Shown here piece after piece: positions 60,005 to 62,952 of a stretch of 62,952 nt of DNA (positions are counted from its first letter, which is position 1; every line of letters starts with the position of its first letter). A program made the position numbers and the translations under genes. The stretch covers positions 1 to 62,952 of the forward strand of contig JAEOTR010000065.1 in NCBI GenBank assembly GCA_016839705.1, written 5' to 3'. The notes under the pieces were generated by a model. The model worked only from the letters and a program-made list of their open reading frames with translations. It was not told where the DNA came from and made no database searches. The DNA is from Promethearchaeota archaeon. Lineage in GTDB: Archaea > Asgardarchaeota > Lokiarchaeia > Sigyniarchaeales > SOKP01.

Positions 60005-60466
60005 ATGACAGAAGATGAGAATGAACTTCGTTGGACAATTAAGCTGGATTGGCTTAATATCTCATTCCTGCTTAATTTAGATAATATTAATCAGATTTCA
60101 GAAATTAAAAAGGGAAAGGCAATCCGAAGACTCACGAGAATTTACGGTTCAGAAAAACTAATGGAATTTGAACCAGAGCACTTGGAAAATCTTGTCGTAA
60201 ATGAATTAAAGGACTTAATGAAAAAAGAACTCGCTTTAAATGAGAAGAAACAAAAAGAGATGGAGCGAGATATTCGTAATAAAGTAATTCCCTTTAAACA
60301 AGGAGGAATTATTAAAATCGATCCCAGAGATCTTAAAGATTTTAAAGGAGACCCAGAAGATTTGCTTAAGCAACTCTACAAGAAATTTCTTGGAGATGAC
60401 AAAGATGACGACCGAGACAACGACAACGACAAATATAAAGAAGATAATACTGGTTACTACATTTAA
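60005..60466 (+). CDS. Hypothetical protein with acidic C-terminal tail
   Basis: ATG-started, charged helical protein ending DDKDDDRDNDNDKYKEDNTGYYI. Confidence 0.8.
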   Translation: MTEDENELRWTIKLDWLNISFLLNLDNINQISEIKKGKAIRRLTRIYGSEKLMEFEPEHLENLVVNELKDLMKKELALNEKKQKEMERDIRNKVIPFKQGGIIKIDPRDLKDFKGDPEDLLKQLYKKFLGDDKDDDRDNDNDKYKEDNTGYYI

Positions 60467-60584
60467 GTTTTAAACCTGTTTAAAATCATTATCTTACAAA
60501 TCTATTTTTTGGTTTTTCTACAAGTTAGGCATCTTTCAGAAGCTAGAAATAAAAAATTTTAAATCTTCTTAAAGTTTAAGTAGA

Positions 60585-61748
60585 TCACATATATTTATCT
60601 AATTTAACTATCGAGTTTGTAAATTTTTGATAAATTTTGACATCTAATACAGGAAAATTTTTACGGATACGATTTTTTAATTCTTTTTCATTTATTTTTA
60701 AGGAATGGGACGGCTTCTTACCTTTTAAAACTAAATAAAGAACAGGGATCATATCAATTGATGTCTCCATCTGAGGATCCCTATTTAAAAATATTAGTTC
60801 TAGTTTTTTAAAAATAAAATGGTAAAACTCTTTATTATTTTTAAGATGCTTTGGAAAGAAAATTACCTCCCATTGGTGGTGACGATTATTTAATCTAATT
60901 ATTTGGACATTTTTAGTAAAATTTTCTTCTTTAGAAATTTCAACCAAAAAAATTCCTCGTTTATAAGTTGCATCAATTGCACTAGCAGCTTCAGAAGATC
61001 CAGGATTATAAATCCAATCATCTAAAATGAATTGATGGTGAAAATGTCCTAGAGCTAAATAATCAACACGATTTTTTAATTGGTTTACATTTTCTAATCT
61101 AATCCCCGGCACATTTTTCATTTGCCCTTCAATACCATAATGTTGCAATAGGATATTAAATATTCCTTCTTCTTTTTTAATAGATTCTTTAATTTTGGGT
61201 AAGTATTCCACGGGTTCCTGCCCAATATATCGAATTCCATGAATCATTACATTCTTTATTTGGATTTTCCCTCCTTTCTTCAAAAAAGAGTCATATGGTT
61301 TAAATACATTCTCTGTTGGTGCATCCAGATTTCCATCAAGTAATATTATTAGACCTAAACTTGAAATAAGTTTTAACCACGATTGACCACGTTTTGCTAT
61401 TTTCAAACCAAAAGAAAATTTTCGAATGTCATGATTTCCCTCAATTGCTATTATAGGAATCATCTCCTTTGTGCTGACTTTAAATTCAGTCAACATATCA
61501 ATTACTTCTAAAAGTTTTCCTGGTAACATCTCTAAAGAAGTAAACACATCTCCTCCTAATATGATGAAATCTACACTGTGCTCCATTGATAGTGCCAAAA
61601 TTTCTTTGAAAGCTTTTATAAAATCATCAGCGCGGTGTTGATTTTGATATTGTTGGCAACCAAGGTGAATATCACTGGCATGGATAAATTTCACAGGTTC
61701 CCCGTTAAATTTTTTAGATTCTATAACTGATCCAGGAGTTTTTATCAT
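60585..61748 (-). CDS. Mre11/SbcD-like metallophosphoesterase nuclease
   Basis: HASDIHLG, GGDVF, GNHD, ALGHFH and YNPGS. Confidence 0.88.
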   Translation of the reverse strand: MIKTPGSVIESKKFNGEPVKFIHASDIHLGCQQYQNQHRADDFIKAFKEILALSMEHSVDFIILGGDVFTSLEMLPGKLLEVIDMLTEFKVSTKEMIPIIAIEGNHDIRKFSFGLKIAKRGQSWLKLISSLGLIILLDGNLDAPTENVFKPYDSFLKKGGKIQIKNVMIHGIRYIGQEPVEYLPKIKESIKKEEGIFNILLQHYGIEGQMKNVPGIRLENVNQLKNRVDYLALGHFHHQFILDDWIYNPGSSEAASAIDATYKRGIFLVEISKEENFTKNVQIIRLNNRHHQWEVIFFPKHLKNNKEFYHFIFKKLELIFLNRDPQMETSIDMIPVLYLVLKGKKPSHSLKINEKELKNRIRKNFPVLDVKIYQKFTNSIVKLDKYM

Positions 61749-61921
61749 TCTAATTTAGGATTGAGAGTATAATTGATTAAAAGAGATTATAAAAGGATAA
61801 TCAATAACACTCATATAAATATTAATAGCCTTCAAAAATAGTGATAAATTTGATGTAGTAAGAAGATAATTCAAATTTAACGATCTGTTAATTAACAAAA
61901 TTTTTACAAAAAAAAAGAAAG

Positions 61922-62497
61922 ATGAGTAAAGAACGCTTCCAATATGATCTAGGGGTAATTCATGGTCGATTCCAGGTACTACATAATGATCATATTAAAT
62001 ATTTAATGACTGGGAAGGAACTATGCAAACATCTTGTAGTGGGGATCACAAATCCTGACCCTTCTCTAACGAGAGATTCCGATGCTAATCCACATCGCAG
62101 TTCATCTCTGGCAAACCCATTAACTTATTATGAACGCTATTTAATGATAAAAGCAGCCCTGTTAGAACAGGGTTTAAACTTATACGAATTTTCTATTGTA
62201 CCTCTCCCAATAAATATACCAGAGCTTATAAAATACTATGTTCCATTAGATGCTATTTTCTTTCTCACTATTTATGATGAATGGGGGCAACAAAAGAAAA
62301 AATTTTTCAACGATCTTGGATTAAAGATTCATGTCTTATGGGAAGTTCCATTAGATAAAAAAGGACTTAGTTCAAGTGATATACGTGAATCTATGATAAA
62401 AGGTGAAAAATGGGAACAGTTCGTGCCTTCAAGTACAGTAAAACTTATGAAGGAATGGGATATTGCTCAAAGATTGAAAGAAATAAGTTCAAAATGA
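61922..62497 (+). CDS. Nicotinamide/nicotinate-nucleotide adenylyltransferase (NadM-like)
   Basis: GRFQVLHNDH (HxGH variant), VGITNP, NPLTYYER, SSSDIR and WEQFVP. Confidence 0.85.
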   Translation: MSKERFQYDLGVIHGRFQVLHNDHIKYLMTGKELCKHLVVGITNPDPSLTRDSDANPHRSSSLANPLTYYERYLMIKAALLEQGLNLYEFSIVPLPINIPELIKYYVPLDAIFFLTIYDEWGQQKKKFFNDLGLKIHVLWEVPLDKKGLSSSDIRESMIKGEKWEQFVPSSTVKLMKEWDIAQRLKEISSK

Positions 62498-62624
62498 GAT
62501 TGTTCTATCGAATGAATTTGTTAAATAATATATTCAATATAATTCTTTATCTAAATATCACTGTCATTAATTATTAATACTGCATTAACAATATAAGAAT
62601 TAATTAAATTGTTTTTGGTGGAAA

Positions 62625-62952
62625 ATAATCCCTATTTTTCAGATTGATCTTGATGAAATTATCGTGGTTTATGTAACTCAAGGAATATTAGTGATTTTTT
62701 TTTCATTGCTAGCTTATCGAATACTGAAAAGAAAAAAGCAACGACTAAACATAATTTTTAGCCTCTTCTTTATTAGTAATATTATTAGTAGTATTACTAA
62801 TATGGTTTATAAACTCATTTCTGATAGTACGGTTGTTCTATTTCTCAATTTTTTAACTAATTTCTTTGTGATATTCGGTCCAATCTTTATACTTATTGTA
62901 AATTTGACAATATTAGAGTCAACCATAATTTTCTCCCTAAAACGGCAAAATA
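62625..62952 (+). CDS. Multi-TM membrane protein (3'-partial)
   Basis: The frame is open to the window edge (IIPIFQIDLDEIIVVYVTQG..LAYRILKRKKQRLNIIFS..). The start is uncertain: ATA/ATC after GGTGGA, with the first GTG at 62664. Confidence 0.7.
   Translation, partial: MIPIFQIDLDEIIVVYVTQGILVIFFSLLAYRILKRKKQRLNIIFSLFFISNIISSITNMVYKLISDSTVVLFLNFLTNFFVIFGPIFILIVNLTILESTIIFSLKRQN

Noticed and set aside
60394-60432. gacgac/gacaac short repeats
   Set aside because: This is low-complexity Asp/Asn coding sequence, not a repeat element.
1-62952. CRISPR array, rRNA, transposase, integrase or provirus
   Set aside because: No regularly spaced repeats, GC-rich rRNA-like block, or recognisable transposase, integrase or capsid ORF was seen by eye.

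Overview
Low-GC (roughly 30%) archaeal chromosomal window, most likely from Lokiarchaeia (Asgard archaea). The evidence is a Loki-CTERM-type sorting tail, a PolB1-type polymerase, a tetraether lipid synthase, a tRNA with a bulge-helix-bulge (BHB) intron, and GGAGGTGA-type ribosome sites. It is mostly metabolic and housekeeping DNA: fatty-acid/acyl-CoA enzymes, a Liv-type ABC transporter operon, dapL, a GH4 glycosidase, a phosphate locus (DUF47-PiT-DUF47, PhoU), NAD salvage genes, an Mre11-like nuclease and tRNA-Thr(UGU). No CRISPR array, rRNA or transposase was seen. Main observations: (1) a 3090-aa protein made almost entirely of membrane helices, with a 252-aa tandem duplication; (2) a 336-aa LAGLIDADG intein in PolB1 that, from recall, closely resembles the Mimivirus PolB intein; (3) an orphan glycyl radical enzyme with atypical motifs that seems to have overwritten a DUF47 gene; (4) a tRNA intron at non-canonical position 32/33; (5) a tes-centred lipid cluster with a coupled small protein; (6) several unannotated small ORFs and apparent CTG/TTA/ATA start codons; (7) a candidate hairpin ncRNA. 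All family assignments are by motif recognition only; no searches were run.
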